Positions 31,775-40,854 of a DNA stretch of 41,072 bases are shown here, piece by piece (position 1 is the stretch's first letter; every line of letters starts with the position of its first letter). The notes under the pieces were generated by a model. It did not search any database. It saw only the letters and a list, made by a program, of their open reading frames with translations, and had not been told where the DNA came from. Source of the stretch: a virus. The stretch spans positions 1 through 41,072 of the IMG/VR virus record IMGVR_UViG_3300050505_000076, one strand, 5' to 3'. The position numbers were made by a program, and so were the translations under genes.

Positions 31775-32202
31775 TACTGAATTCCCTGCTGTTGCTGCAG
31801 GAGTTGAGCGGCCGAACGATCGCCATGCATGGCACGCAGCGCGAGAAGTTGAGCCAGACGCTGATTCCCGCCGCCCATATTCCGCTCGGGAATCTGCATC
31901 GTGGGGCCGTTCTGCATGATCGGCTGCACGCCCCCGCCAGGGGTTGGCATCCATGCATTGCCCGGCGCTTGAGTTGGTCGATAGCTGGGATTCGGATTGA
32001 TGCCCAAGAGCGTATTCAAACGCCCCATCGCACCGTAACCAGATTGAATATAGGGCTGTTGCTGCTGATTCAGGACATTGAACATGTCCATGTTTGTCTG
32101 AGCAGCTTGTTGCGCGCCTTGCGCCTGCTTTTTGCTTCCGGCGTATGAAGCGGCGCCGGCGATCAGCGCGCTACCGCCTATAGCAACTGCGACCCATGTC
32201 AC
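31774..32202 (-). CDS. Internal virion protein (putative) with N-terminal transmembrane segment (GTG start)
   Basis: VTWVAVAIGGSALIAGAASYAG is followed by a Gln-rich region. The track ORF extension overlaps the cupin gene. Confidence 0.45.
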   Translation of the reverse strand: MTWVAVAIGGSALIAGAASYAGSKKQAQGAQQAAQTNMDMFNVLNQQQQPYIQSGYGAMGRLNTLLGINPNPSYRPTQAPGNAWMPTPGGGVQPIMQNGPTMQIPERNMGGGNQRLAQLLALRAMHGDRSAAQLLQQQQGIQ

Positions 32203-32207
32203 GAGCG

Positions 32208-32708
32208 TTACTCCGCATGAGCAGTCTCCTGCTCGATGAGCTTTAGGCATTCGCTCGCCACGAATGCATCCAGCTCGACGAAGTCCCGCGCGATGATGTC
32301 GCGCTCGATCTCTGCGAGGTCGGTCGATTCTACAAGATGGACGGTTGTCCACCACGTTTCTTCGTGGCAATACAGAGCCCGCTTACTGCCGGCCTGCGAT
32401 GTGAACACCACCGGCCGTTCGCGTGCATCGATCTCGTGCCGGCCGAATTCAGTCACGACGGTCACGAGCCCGCGCGAAACGATGTTCAAATGCGCGTGTT
32501 TGTGGATTTTCCCCACGACCAATGCACCTTTTGGCAACTGGATCGTTCGGCCGTAACTACCAGGCGCAAAGGTATGCTCAAGCGGGCAGTCAATCTGCTC
32601 AAACTCCCGCATGCGTGTTTCGAGCGTCAGAATCTGCTCACGCGAAGGCAGCAACACTTGTTCTAAAGCCTGCGTCTCTACCTTCACGATCTCCTGCGTG
32701 GCATTCAT
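32208..32708 (-). CDS. Cupin-fold-like protein
   Basis: GKIHKHAHLNIVSRG...VVFTSQAGSKRALYCHEETWWTTVH resembles cupin motifs 1 and 2. The assignment is tentative. Confidence 0.45.
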   Translation of the reverse strand: MNATQEIVKVETQALEQVLLPSREQILTLETRMREFEQIDCPLEHTFAPGSYGRTIQLPKGALVVGKIHKHAHLNIVSRGLVTVVTEFGRHEIDARERPVVFTSQAGSKRALYCHEETWWTTVHLVESTDLAEIERDIIARDFVELDAFVASECLKLIEQETAHAE

Positions 32709-33052
32709 GTCGGCACGAATGTGACGGTTGGGTCGACCGTGTAAGTGATCTTCAGAAGATCCGAGGCGTTCAGCGTGAACATGCCCGCGACCGTTCCCAC
32801 GGTGAAATACGTCGTGCCGCCATCTCGCGAGAAGGCTATTGCCGATACGGTACCACCGCTCACGATGAGCGCTCCCTTGCGGCTAGCGCTGTAGATGTAA
32901 GGCGAACCGGTCAACGTCACAGGTTCAACGTTGCCGGGAGCGAGACCCCGGAAAAGCGCGGCCCAGAAGCGATACCAATCACGGCCCGTCACCTTGCCTT
33001 CGATGAGAGGCACCGGGTAGTTTGGCAGCGAGTTGAATTGACCGGATGCCAT
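32705..33052 (-). CDS. Hypothetical virion protein (position of tail plug/needle-associated genes)
   Basis: 115 aa, beta-rich. ATGA overlap downstream and a 1-nt overlap upstream. Confidence 0.5.
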   Translation of the reverse strand: MASGQFNSLPNYPVPLIEGKVTGRDWYRFWAALFRGLAPGNVEPVTLTGSPYIYSASRKGALIVSGGTVSAIAFSRDGGTTYFTVGTVAGMFTLNASDLLKITYTVDPTVTFVPT

Positions 33053-34605
33053 CAGGCAGCTGCCTGCTGCTCGGTCTGAGCGAACAATGTCGCGCCCACA
33101 ATGTCGCGATTCGTCGGCTCGCTATAGCGTACCTCTGCCACGTAGTTGCGGGAGACGCCTAGCCGGCGCTTGATGGCGCGGTTTAGGTACTCGCCGGTTG
33201 CGCCGACAGGCACGAAGAACTCAGTTCCGAAGGTTGCGCCACCATCTCGAGAACTTCGAAGCATCAACTGCGGATTCGAGCCTTGGCCAGCCGACAGACC
33301 CATTCCGGAGGCGAAATCGATCTGCAGCGATCCCAGGAACATTCGGCGCCGATCTTCCTTGCTCCACACGTATGGCGTGCGACGTACCGCGACCAGCGGT
33401 GTATCTCCGTCCGTGTAGAACTGGCGACTCATCTGATAGCCGCTCTGCTCCTGAAAATCTCCCACCATGCGGATGTTCTGATAGTTCGCGAAGCACGAAC
33501 CCTTGAATCGATGAAAGATGCCGGTGTCAGGATTAAATGAGGCGCGCTGGTGCCATTGAGGCATTCCAGCGGCTTCACTCGCAGTCTGATCGTAGACCCA
33601 TGTCTTGTCCGCGGTCGGGAACGTGAGCACGTAGAAAAGGTGCCCTTCCTCTTCGTACACAAAGCCAATAGCGTCTGAGACGAAGGGATAGCTTGCGATG
33701 GCCGCTTCCACTGCGCGCGATGAGATATCGACGTAACTGTACTGCTCGGTCTTGATCACGACGTTCTGGCCGCGTTCGCTGTTACCGAGCCAAACCAGGG
33801 AAGAGCCCAAGCGGGCGACCGACTGCGCGGCCGAACAACCTATCTGAGGTGCGACGCCAGGAATGCGGCTGAAGGCGAAGTTCGCGCCGCCTGCGTCGTA
33901 CCAAACCTCGCTCGTGCGCTCACCGATCAACCACAACTCGCGGTTGTTCTCCATGAGCGTGACAAGGTTGTCGGAGCTCGAATCCTTGAGCGCGAAGAAT
34001 GTTGCGTCAAACTGGGTCGTGTATGGCGTGGGCGAATTCGTAAAGAACCGCTGTGTGCCGACGACGTTGAATATCAACCAACCGTCAATAAAGGCCACGC
34101 GGTCTGCTGGCTCGAAATCGGCGTCGGTGATCTGCGTGAGGGTGAACGTTGATATCTCGTAGAGATACCCATATGCGCCATCGACAATCACCGCGAAACC
34201 GCCGGGGCCATTGTCGCGAATGCATACCGGTCCCGTGTTCGTGTTCAGACTGCCGATAAACGCCTTCGAGAACTGCGCGATCGTTGTTTGAGTGGCCGCC
34301 ACGGTCATCTGAGTCAGGATCACAGCGCGACCGACTACCCAAAGTGCATCAGTACCTCCGGGAAGCACCCAGACTCCCCGACACCCTCCCGTTGGAGCAA
34401 CGAGAACATCGTCACTCATCGTACTAAAGTCGAAAATTTCGTTCAGCCCAGGACAGCCGAGCAGAGCGATGGGAGTTTTGCTCTTCGGGTCCTGCGAATA
34501 TTCAGGGTACCAATTAATGAGGCGCTGGCGATCCTGATTCGGGTTTGGCGCCTCATACGCCTGACCCACGAACCCAAAGTCCCCACCTTGATAGTTCATC
34601 CCCAT
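33052..34605 (-). CDS. Tail hub/nozzle protein (P22 gp10 'stabilisation protein' / T7 gp12-like)
   Basis: 517 aa. The C-terminal block LMLRSSRDGGATFGTEFFVPVGATGEYLNRAIKRRLGVSRNYVAEVRYSEP parallels the P22 gp10 C-terminus. It follows the adaptor gene. Confidence 0.65.
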   Translation of the reverse strand: MGMNYQGGDFGFVGQAYEAPNPNQDRQRLINWYPEYSQDPKSKTPIALLGCPGLNEIFDFSTMSDDVLVAPTGGCRGVWVLPGGTDALWVVGRAVILTQMTVAATQTTIAQFSKAFIGSLNTNTGPVCIRDNGPGGFAVIVDGAYGYLYEISTFTLTQITDADFEPADRVAFIDGWLIFNVVGTQRFFTNSPTPYTTQFDATFFALKDSSSDNLVTLMENNRELWLIGERTSEVWYDAGGANFAFSRIPGVAPQIGCSAAQSVARLGSSLVWLGNSERGQNVVIKTEQYSYVDISSRAVEAAIASYPFVSDAIGFVYEEEGHLFYVLTFPTADKTWVYDQTASEAAGMPQWHQRASFNPDTGIFHRFKGSCFANYQNIRMVGDFQEQSGYQMSRQFYTDGDTPLVAVRRTPYVWSKEDRRRMFLGSLQIDFASGMGLSAGQGSNPQLMLRSSRDGGATFGTEFFVPVGATGEYLNRAIKRRLGVSRNYVAEVRYSEPTNRDIVGATLFAQTEQQAAA

Positions 34606-35549
34606 CAGCGGAACCCGCCGTATAAGATCCATCCGGCATCAGTGCGCGGGCGCTGCATTAGCTCCGGATCATAGTTGGCGACTGGGACAGGAACCGCATT
34701 CAGTGACTTCACGTAGTCTTCGGCTTCCTTCGTCAGCTTTTCCTGCTGCTGCGTCCAAATTGATCCGTATTCTGGAGCAAGATCACGCGCCAGTTTGCGC
34801 TTCAGAAACCGAGAGTAGCCCTGCGGCAGATTCACTGCGGTCGTAAGCGCAGAGAAGTTCGTCAGAATCAGATCCGTGTACAAGTACAGTTGCGCGGCAC
34901 TGGACGGGTTCTGATAGAAGAACAGCGTGCCCAACGGCATGGTCGGGTTGTACCAGAGCACAATTGGCCAAGGAGCCTGAATGGCTTTGAAGCCGATGTC
35001 TACGTATCGCTTCTGATCCACGATCTCGATTGGGTAATCGAGCCCAGAGCCCTGCGTGTAAATGCGCGTGAACGCATTCGTGATCCGCAAGGGCCGCTCC
35101 ATCTTGAAGTCGCCAGGGATCGTGTAACTGATCTGCTGCGCACCGGGTGAGCTCGTGCCAACCGCCGACATCGTGACAGTATTAGCGCCCGCGTTGAATG
35201 AGAGGATCGTTGTGCCATCCGCTATGCCCGCGCCCGATAGATCTCCGCCTGCAACCATATCCGACGGCACGGTTGCGCTTGTGATCGTCGCAGAGCCGCT
35301 CGTTACCGTGCCTGCGAATGTGCCCGCATCGTAATTACCGATCGTGTACTGATACTGTCCTGGCGTATAGGTAAAGATGTTCTCATTGCTGGCATAGACC
35401 GCCGATTCCTGTGTGCTGAGCGATTCCAGAAGATCATTCAATGTCTCAAGGGCATCATCAGCGTCCGCCGAGGATAACGACTCGCCTGGCGCATACTGAT
35501 TGATGAACTTCAGTGCTCCAGCGATGATGTCGTTTGCGGTCGTGCTCAC
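34605..35549 (-). CDS. Head-to-tail adaptor (P22 gp4 / T7 gp11-like) with inserted domain
   Basis: The N-terminus ANDIIAGALKFINQYAPGESLSSADADDALETLNDLLESL matches the gp4/gp11 adaptor signature. The central Gly/Thr/Ser-rich insertion is about 100 aa. Confidence 0.65.
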   Translation of the reverse strand: MSTTANDIIAGALKFINQYAPGESLSSADADDALETLNDLLESLSTQESAVYASNENIFTYTPGQYQYTIGNYDAGTFAGTVTSGSATITSATVPSDMVAGGDLSGAGIADGTTILSFNAGANTVTMSAVGTSSPGAQQISYTIPGDFKMERPLRITNAFTRIYTQGSGLDYPIEIVDQKRYVDIGFKAIQAPWPIVLWYNPTMPLGTLFFYQNPSSAAQLYLYTDLILTNFSALTTAVNLPQGYSRFLKRKLARDLAPEYGSIWTQQQEKLTKEAEDYVKSLNAVPVPVANYDPELMQRPRTDAGWILYGGFR

Positions 35550-35914
35550 GGATCAACCAAGAGTGAGATCAGGCCATCTCCAGCGGCGACCACGGTGGTA
35601 TCCGTATCTGCGGCTAGCTTCGTGACCGCGATCCATAGATCGCCGTCACCTCCCGAGAACCCTTCCGTGAACGCTTGCATCACTCCGCCTGTCGTGGTCC
35701 CCAGCGCTGGGATGGCAATCGTGACTTGCGGCGCAGTCGTGCCCACAGTGGGCGCAGATGCACCATTACTTGGCCTGAACCAGTAGAGCTTTACGAAAAT
35801 CTCATACGCGGCCGTATTTACCGCGATGATGCCCTTCACCTTCGGGCTTTCCTGGCGAACCTTGTTGAGATTCGTCGTTGCGCCCGTGACGAGTCGAAAG
35901 ACGGATGCGGTCAT
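35546..35914 (-). CDS. Hypothetical virion protein
   Basis: 122 aa, beta-rich. ATGA overlap with the adaptor gene. Confidence 0.5.
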   Translation of the reverse strand: MTASVFRLVTGATTNLNKVRQESPKVKGIIAVNTAAYEIFVKLYWFRPSNGASAPTVGTTAPQVTIAIPALGTTTGGVMQAFTEGFSGGDGDLWIAVTKLAADTDTTVVAAGDGLISLLVDP

Positions 35915-35918
35915 GGCG

Positions 35919-36254
35919 TCACACGATCGCAGTCGGCAGATCGCCGGGGTTCTCGCGACGCGTCACCTTGATGAGATACACCTCGGCTGCTGTGGGCGTG
36001 GTAGCCGTCGCCGCGGTGGCGTTCACGAAGTTGATCGCGAGCGTATTGGCTGCACTGACGCGGGCACCGCAGATGCCGATGCCTGCCTGTGCGGTGGGCT
36101 TCTGCACCTCCACGAAATCGGTTGTGAGCAGACCATTGACCGTAAAAGTCTGCTCGGCCGTTGTGGCTGCCGCGACCTGCGCGGGAGAAAGGGTCGCCTG
36201 CAGCAGAAAGATGTACGACAGATTGCCGAGTGCGATGTCTGAGGAACCGGGCAT
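35919..36254 (-). CDS. Hypothetical virion protein
   Basis: 111 aa, Ala/Thr-rich. Confidence 0.5.
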   Translation of the reverse strand: MPGSSDIALGNLSYIFLLQATLSPAQVAAATTAEQTFTVNGLLTTDFVEVQKPTAQAGIGICGARVSAANTLAINFVNATAATATTPTAAEVYLIKVTRRENPGDLPTAIV

Positions 36255-36281
36255 TTCAAATGCTCCTGAAAAGGGGTGAGG

Positions 36282-36836
36282 TCACTTGGCCGTCAGGGTC
36301 GCGATGAGATCCTGACAAGCTTCCTTGTAGAACTGCGTTGAGAACGCCACTCGTTCGCCACTCTTGGTGGTCAGATCCGGATGTACCGAATAGCCCCATG
36401 TGGCTTCGAAGTCGCACGTGTACCCTTCCGGGTTCCACTGCGCGTCATTGTCGGGCGCATTCTTCGCGCGCCAGGTCTTGGAGATGTAGAAGTACAGCAT
36501 CTCTGACACCGGCGGCCACGCGTGCGTAAAGTCGCCGTATGCGCGATTGCTGCACCAGTGCGGCGTGATGATCTGCGCTTTGCCGCCTTTCACCAGCACG
36601 CGATGCATCTCGTTGAAGATGTGTACGCGTTGAATGCCGGTGAAGTGCTCGAGGATGTGCGACATGTGGATTTCTTCCACAGACCCATCCGCCCATGGCC
36701 ACGGCCCTGTGAGATCGGCGACGATGTCGACACCATCGAAGGCGCGCCGATCGACGCCGAGAAATCCGGGCTTTTTGTTCTGCCCGCATCCAAGGTCCAA
36801 CTTCAGGAGCGGAGCGGTTTCAACGACTGCATTCAC
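36282..36836 (-). CDS. Class I SAM-dependent methyltransferase (Methyltransf_11/23-like)
   Basis: LKLDLGCGQNKKPGFLGVD (motif I), ADGSVEEIHMSHILEHF and VLVKGGKAQIITP. The GTG start overlaps the dehydratase stop (GTGA). An alternative ATG lies at 36941. Confidence 0.75.
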   Translation of the reverse strand: MNAVVETAPLLKLDLGCGQNKKPGFLGVDRRAFDGVDIVADLTGPWPWADGSVEEIHMSHILEHFTGIQRVHIFNEMHRVLVKGGKAQIITPHWCSNRAYGDFTHAWPPVSEMLYFYISKTWRAKNAPDNDAQWNPEGYTCDFEATWGYSVHPDLTTKSGERVAFSTQFYKEACQDLIATLTAK

Positions 36837-37837
36837 GCGACATTCCTCGCATTGCGTTTTGGGGTGAGCCAGTGGGAGTGGTCGAGAGACCAGCGCACGA
36901 TGTCTTCGATAGACTGTTCGATGCTTTGCTGCGGTTGCCATCCCATCTGGCGGAGCTTTGCGCCATCGAGCGCGTAGCGCAGATCGTGACCGGGCCGAGA
37001 CGAGTGGAAGTCCACCATCTCATGCAGGAGCGGGCGCTTCTGGGCAGCAGCGATGAGACGCGCCAGTTCCAGGTTGTCCATCTCGCGTTCACCGACAACG
37101 TTGTACTTCTCGCCGGCCTGCCCGCGTTCGAGCAGGAATAGCACCGCATCGGCAACTTCGCGCGCATCGATGTAGAAGCGACTTCCCGCTTTCGTGCGCG
37201 TCTTGTCCGCATGGATCGTGACGAGCTCGCCATCGCGAACTTTCGCGATCGTACCCGGCACCATCTTCTCGGGATGCTGGCGATACCCGATCACGTTCAT
37301 CGTATGCGTGATGATCGCGGGCAACCCGTAGGTGTTGTGATAGCTGACGATCAACTCTTCAGCGCCCGCCTTCGTCGCGGCGTACGGATTGCCAGAGTGA
37401 TAGCGATCGTCTTCCTTGTAGGCCGTACCCTTCGGAGCCGGGCCAAAGACCTCATCGGTTGAGAAGTGCAGGAAGCAGCCGCTACCGGCCTTGCGGGCAT
37501 AGTCCGCGAGGTGGCAGGTTGCGACCACATTGTCCAGCACGAATTCCATTGGGCACTCGATGCTGCGATCAACATGCGTCGCCGCGGCGAGATGCACGAT
37601 GTAATCGAACGCGCCGAGTTGGCTTGCGAGCTGATCATTGATCGCGGCTCTCAAGTCATGGAAGACGAATTTGACGCGCGGGTTCTTCGCCGCACCGATC
37701 TCAGCCAGCCGATTCAGATTGCCGCTTGTATCGAGTCGGTCGATGAGCGTGACGTGCCAGTCTGTGCGCTCAAGCACAGCTTGCACGAAGTGATGACCGA
37801 TGAAGCCCGCGCCACCCGTAATGAGAATTCGTTTCAT
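36833..37837 (-). CDS. NAD-dependent sugar-nucleotide 4,6-dehydratase/epimerase (RfbB-like extended SDR)
   Basis: MKRILITGGAGFIGHHF, STDEVFG, YAATKAGAEEL and RPGHDLRYALDGAKLRQMGWQP match the dTDP-glucose 4,6-dehydratase layout. Confidence 0.8.
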   Translation of the reverse strand: MKRILITGGAGFIGHHFVQAVLERTDWHVTLIDRLDTSGNLNRLAEIGAAKNPRVKFVFHDLRAAINDQLASQLGAFDYIVHLAAATHVDRSIECPMEFVLDNVVATCHLADYARKAGSGCFLHFSTDEVFGPAPKGTAYKEDDRYHSGNPYAATKAGAEELIVSYHNTYGLPAIITHTMNVIGYRQHPEKMVPGTIAKVRDGELVTIHADKTRTKAGSRFYIDAREVADAVLFLLERGQAGEKYNVVGEREMDNLELARLIAAAQKRPLLHEMVDFHSSRPGHDLRYALDGAKLRQMGWQPQQSIEQSIEDIVRWSLDHSHWLTPKRNARNVA

Positions 37838-37839
37838 GT

Positions 37840-38583
37840 TCACCACATCATGTCCGCCGGGCCGAAGGCTCCGGTGTAGTCGTAATGGCCCACCTTTACC
37901 GCGCAGTCGATCGCGCAGCGGTATCCGTGCTTGCGCGCGTCCGACCAGAAGGTGAGGTCTTGGGTCCCGATGCCCTGGCCGTCGCGGCCGTTGAGGGTGC
38001 GAAACCAGGGCTTCTTCAGACGCTCATCCTTGAACATCGAGATGCGCCACAGGTTGAAGCCCATTCCGGTACCACAGCACTCGACGAGGCCGCCGTTTGG
38101 ATCGGGCATCTGCGGCCTAAAATTCAGTACGGGGTCATTCACATCACCCCAGATCTGGGCATGCCCGCCCTCACCCTTGGTGAAGTAGAGGCCGCCGATG
38201 CAGGCGAGCTCGGGGTGCGCTTCCATGCGCTCCACGAGCTTGACCACACCATCCCCTGCGGGACAGTTATCAGCTTCGATTGTCAGGATGTATTCCCACT
38301 GCGAAAGATCGGGATGCGCAAGCACCTGCTCGATTGCAGATGAATACGCATCCCCCACTTCCAGCCCCTGAGCCAGAATCCGCACCACCCCATTGTTAGG
38401 CGGGAAGGCGAGATTCCAGTGGGAGAGCGCAACTTTCGCCGGGATCAGATCCGCAGAGGGAATGATCACGACGATGCGTTGTTTCTTCCAACTGCCACCC
38501 TTCAGCAAGCGCGCACGAGTGCGTTCGAGATCCGCGTTGTGCGCGCCGCCGAAGCAGTCAGTCATCAGGAGCTGCGGTTTCAT
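37840..38583 (-). CDS. GT-A fold glycosyltransferase (GT2-like)
   Basis: RIVVIIPS (beta1), the acidic motif ILTIEADN, GTGMGFNLWR and TQDLTFWSDARKHGYRCAIDCAVKVGHY. Confidence 0.7.
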   Translation of the reverse strand: MKPQLLMTDCFGGAHNADLERTRARLLKGGSWKKQRIVVIIPSADLIPAKVALSHWNLAFPPNNGVVRILAQGLEVGDAYSSAIEQVLAHPDLSQWEYILTIEADNCPAGDGVVKLVERMEAHPELACIGGLYFTKGEGGHAQIWGDVNDPVLNFRPQMPDPNGGLVECCGTGMGFNLWRISMFKDERLKKPWFRTLNGRDGQGIGTQDLTFWSDARKHGYRCAIDCAVKVGHYDYTGAFGPADMMW

Positions 38584-38585
38584 CC

Positions 38586-39452
38586 TTAGTAGTTCCTCAA
38601 GACGAAGGCGAACTGTGCCTTACTCTGGTTAACGCCGGTCTGATTGACGTCCGTCACGGCAATCGTCGCCGGCATGGCCGTCGTTGCAGCACTGTAGATA
38701 CCCAGAACGCCGAGCAGGTTGGTGGAGGCATTGGTCGCGGCACCGAATTCCGCGTAGTTCAATGCCGATTGGTTGCTGTTCCAGCCGTACACAGAGATCG
38801 TCTGCGCGAGGTTGGATGTCGAGGTGCCGACACTCGATGAATTTGTCGAGAAAGCAAACGCCATAACGTATTCGCCTGGCGTCATGCTGACGTTCATCGG
38901 GATTGACACGGGACGCAGGCCGCTCGCGATCAGCTGCGTATTGCCTGCGCTATTGCTCGCATAGGTGTACGTCGTCTGAGTCGAGCCGGTCGACAGCGAA
39001 ACGAGGGTACCCGGCCCGCTGTTGCTGTAGATGCCACCGATAGCCGTTATCGCGATGGCACCTGTCGCCGCATCCGCCGAGGATGCCGCGGCCCATCCCA
39101 CGATCAGATCCATGCGACTCGCGGTGACAGGCCACTGCGGATCGAAGTACTGAAGGCTGAGAGAGGCTTGACCGGGCGCGCTCACAGCGGTCATTCCCAC
39201 GGGCGACACGTAGCGCCGAATCGCACCGCCGCTCTGAGGAATGCCCAACACCGCCCAGGTCAGTACGCCACTGACCGAGACGACGTGGCACATGCCCTGG
39301 TCCGAAGTCTCTGCCAGGAATCCAACTTGGAAGTTGGAGGCAGCTGGAAGGGTAGCGAAGGTGTACAGCGTCGAGGTTCCAGACTCGACGAAGTTCGCCA
39401 TGATCGAGTTGGGGGTCGTTTGGGAGGCCGGCCCCGGATTGCTTGCAGTCAT
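38586..39452 (-). CDS. Ser/Thr/Ala/Gly-rich hypothetical virion protein (possible head decoration or fibre protein)
   Basis: 288 aa. A strong AAGGAG Shine-Dalgarno lies 7 nt upstream. It is immediately downstream of the coat gene. Runs include STGSTQTTYTYASNSAGNTQ and FSTNSSSVGTSTSNLAQT. Confidence 0.55.
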   Translation of the reverse strand: MTASNPGPASQTTPNSIMANFVESGTSTLYTFATLPAASNFQVGFLAETSDQGMCHVVSVSGVLTWAVLGIPQSGGAIRRYVSPVGMTAVSAPGQASLSLQYFDPQWPVTASRMDLIVGWAAASSADAATGAIAITAIGGIYSNSGPGTLVSLSTGSTQTTYTYASNSAGNTQLIASGLRPVSIPMNVSMTPGEYVMAFAFSTNSSSVGTSTSNLAQTISVYGWNSNQSALNYAEFGAATNASTNLLGVLGIYSAATTAMPATIAVTDVNQTGVNQSKAQFAFVLRNY

Positions 39453-39470
39453 GTTCGTTGCTCCTTGGGG

Positions 39471-40823
39471 TTAGCCCGCGATGCGCACAGCAAGCGGCCG
39501 GTAGAGGCCCGCGTAGCCGTACAGCACGTCCGCACGAGTCGGCATGGCATCGTTGTTGATGGTGTACTGCGTGACCATGCGCATACTCATCCCGATCTCG
39601 GGATCGTTTGCGCGCGCAGCCTCTTCCACGCCCCGAGGCAGTGGCAAATCAGCGAACGCGAGAGCGAAGGCCGACTTGTGCAGGACAATGCCTTGCGGGC
39701 TGACGAGGCTCGCGTAGCTCGTTCCACCATTCACAGTGAGCGCTGCTGTGGTCGTGAAGGCGCTCGTGGTCACGACGTTCTGGAACTGACCGCCGGTGAT
39801 CACGACCTCGCCGATGAGCAGTGACAGATCACCGCTTCCACTCGACGTGTATAGCCCGGTCGATGCGGCGAACGTGCCGTACGTCAGTGTCGCCGCCGCG
39901 AACGCAAGGCCCGGCGTTGCCGATCCCGTCGGGTTCTGCGTGTAGCCACCCGGAGGCAGCACAACGAATTGCTTCGTGGTGTTGCCGTACTGAGTACGGC
40001 TCTGCGGATTCGCCGGATAACAGCCCGCGATCTGGATGATGTCGCCGACCTTGATGACCGCAGTCGATGCAGTCCATCCGGTCGTCTGAAGGAATCCAGA
40101 CTGTGCCCAACCGGTCGAAATAACCGCAGGCTGCGTGACTGCCTTCAGCGTCGGAGTGCCGCCCTGCGCGCCCGTCGTGAAGCTCACGACGTTCTGGTCT
40201 TCGTACCAGTCGAGGCCCGCGAATTTCTTGGCGATCATGCCGTTCTTCACGTACTCGCCAAGCTGCGCTTGGGGATTGAAGAGGCCTTTCACGCCATCCG
40301 TCGCCGCAGCCATCGAGAGCGGATCGAGCAGCACGCACTTGTCACCATCCGGGCAGGCCTCGTTCGCCAGCCGCGCGCGCGCCTGCGCAAACGTCAGATA
40401 GCTCGACGGGCTCACACCCGGCGTGCCGATGCTGTTCGCCGTGTTCTGATAGGCGAAGTAGAGGCCGTCCGAATCGACGCGGTTTGCGACCGTCGCCATC
40501 ATCGGCTTCAGCACGCGCGTCTTGAACAGGTCCATCGACAGCAGAAGGTCCGCCGTCGTGAACTGCACGTCAACGTGGAACTGATAGTTCAGCGTGACGG
40601 GAACGTACGTTTCGTTCGTGTCTTCGACATTCAGCGCAGGGCCGAACGTGCCGAGGTAACGCGGCGGGCGCCGCACGTTGCAGGTAGCGCCGATCTTCGC
40701 ACCCTTGATGGCGAATTCGTCAGAGTACTGACGGTCCACCTTGTCGGCGAAGATCAACGTGTTCTCGAGGACGATCAACCCCTCGTTCGTGATGTAACTG
40801 ATCGTGAGCAGATTGTTGCTCAA
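39471..40823 (-). CDS. Major capsid (coat) protein, P22 coat-like
   Basis: 450 aa, downstream of the scaffold gene. Its size and end-to-end pattern resemble P22 gp5-type coats. It has a TTG start with a GGAGAA Shine-Dalgarno 6 nt upstream. Confidence 0.8.
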   Translation of the reverse strand: MSNNLLTISYITNEGLIVLENTLIFADKVDRQYSDEFAIKGAKIGATCNVRRPPRYLGTFGPALNVEDTNETYVPVTLNYQFHVDVQFTTADLLLSMDLFKTRVLKPMMATVANRVDSDGLYFAYQNTANSIGTPGVSPSSYLTFAQARARLANEACPDGDKCVLLDPLSMAAATDGVKGLFNPQAQLGEYVKNGMIAKKFAGLDWYEDQNVVSFTTGAQGGTPTLKAVTQPAVISTGWAQSGFLQTTGWTASTAVIKVGDIIQIAGCYPANPQSRTQYGNTTKQFVVLPPGGYTQNPTGSATPGLAFAAATLTYGTFAASTGLYTSSGSGDLSLLIGEVVITGGQFQNVVTTSAFTTTAALTVNGGTSYASLVSPQGIVLHKSAFALAFADLPLPRGVEEAARANDPEIGMSMRMVTQYTINNDAMPTRADVLYGYAGLYRPLAVRIAG

Positions 40824-40854
40824 AGGACTTCTCCGGAAAGAGGTTCATAACCCC

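Noticed and set aside
39168-40850. Plus-strand ORFs 39168-39824 and 39969-40850, and minus-strand ORF 39829-40338
   Set aside because: They are antisense or alternative frames of the coat gene, with Arg-rich low-complexity products.
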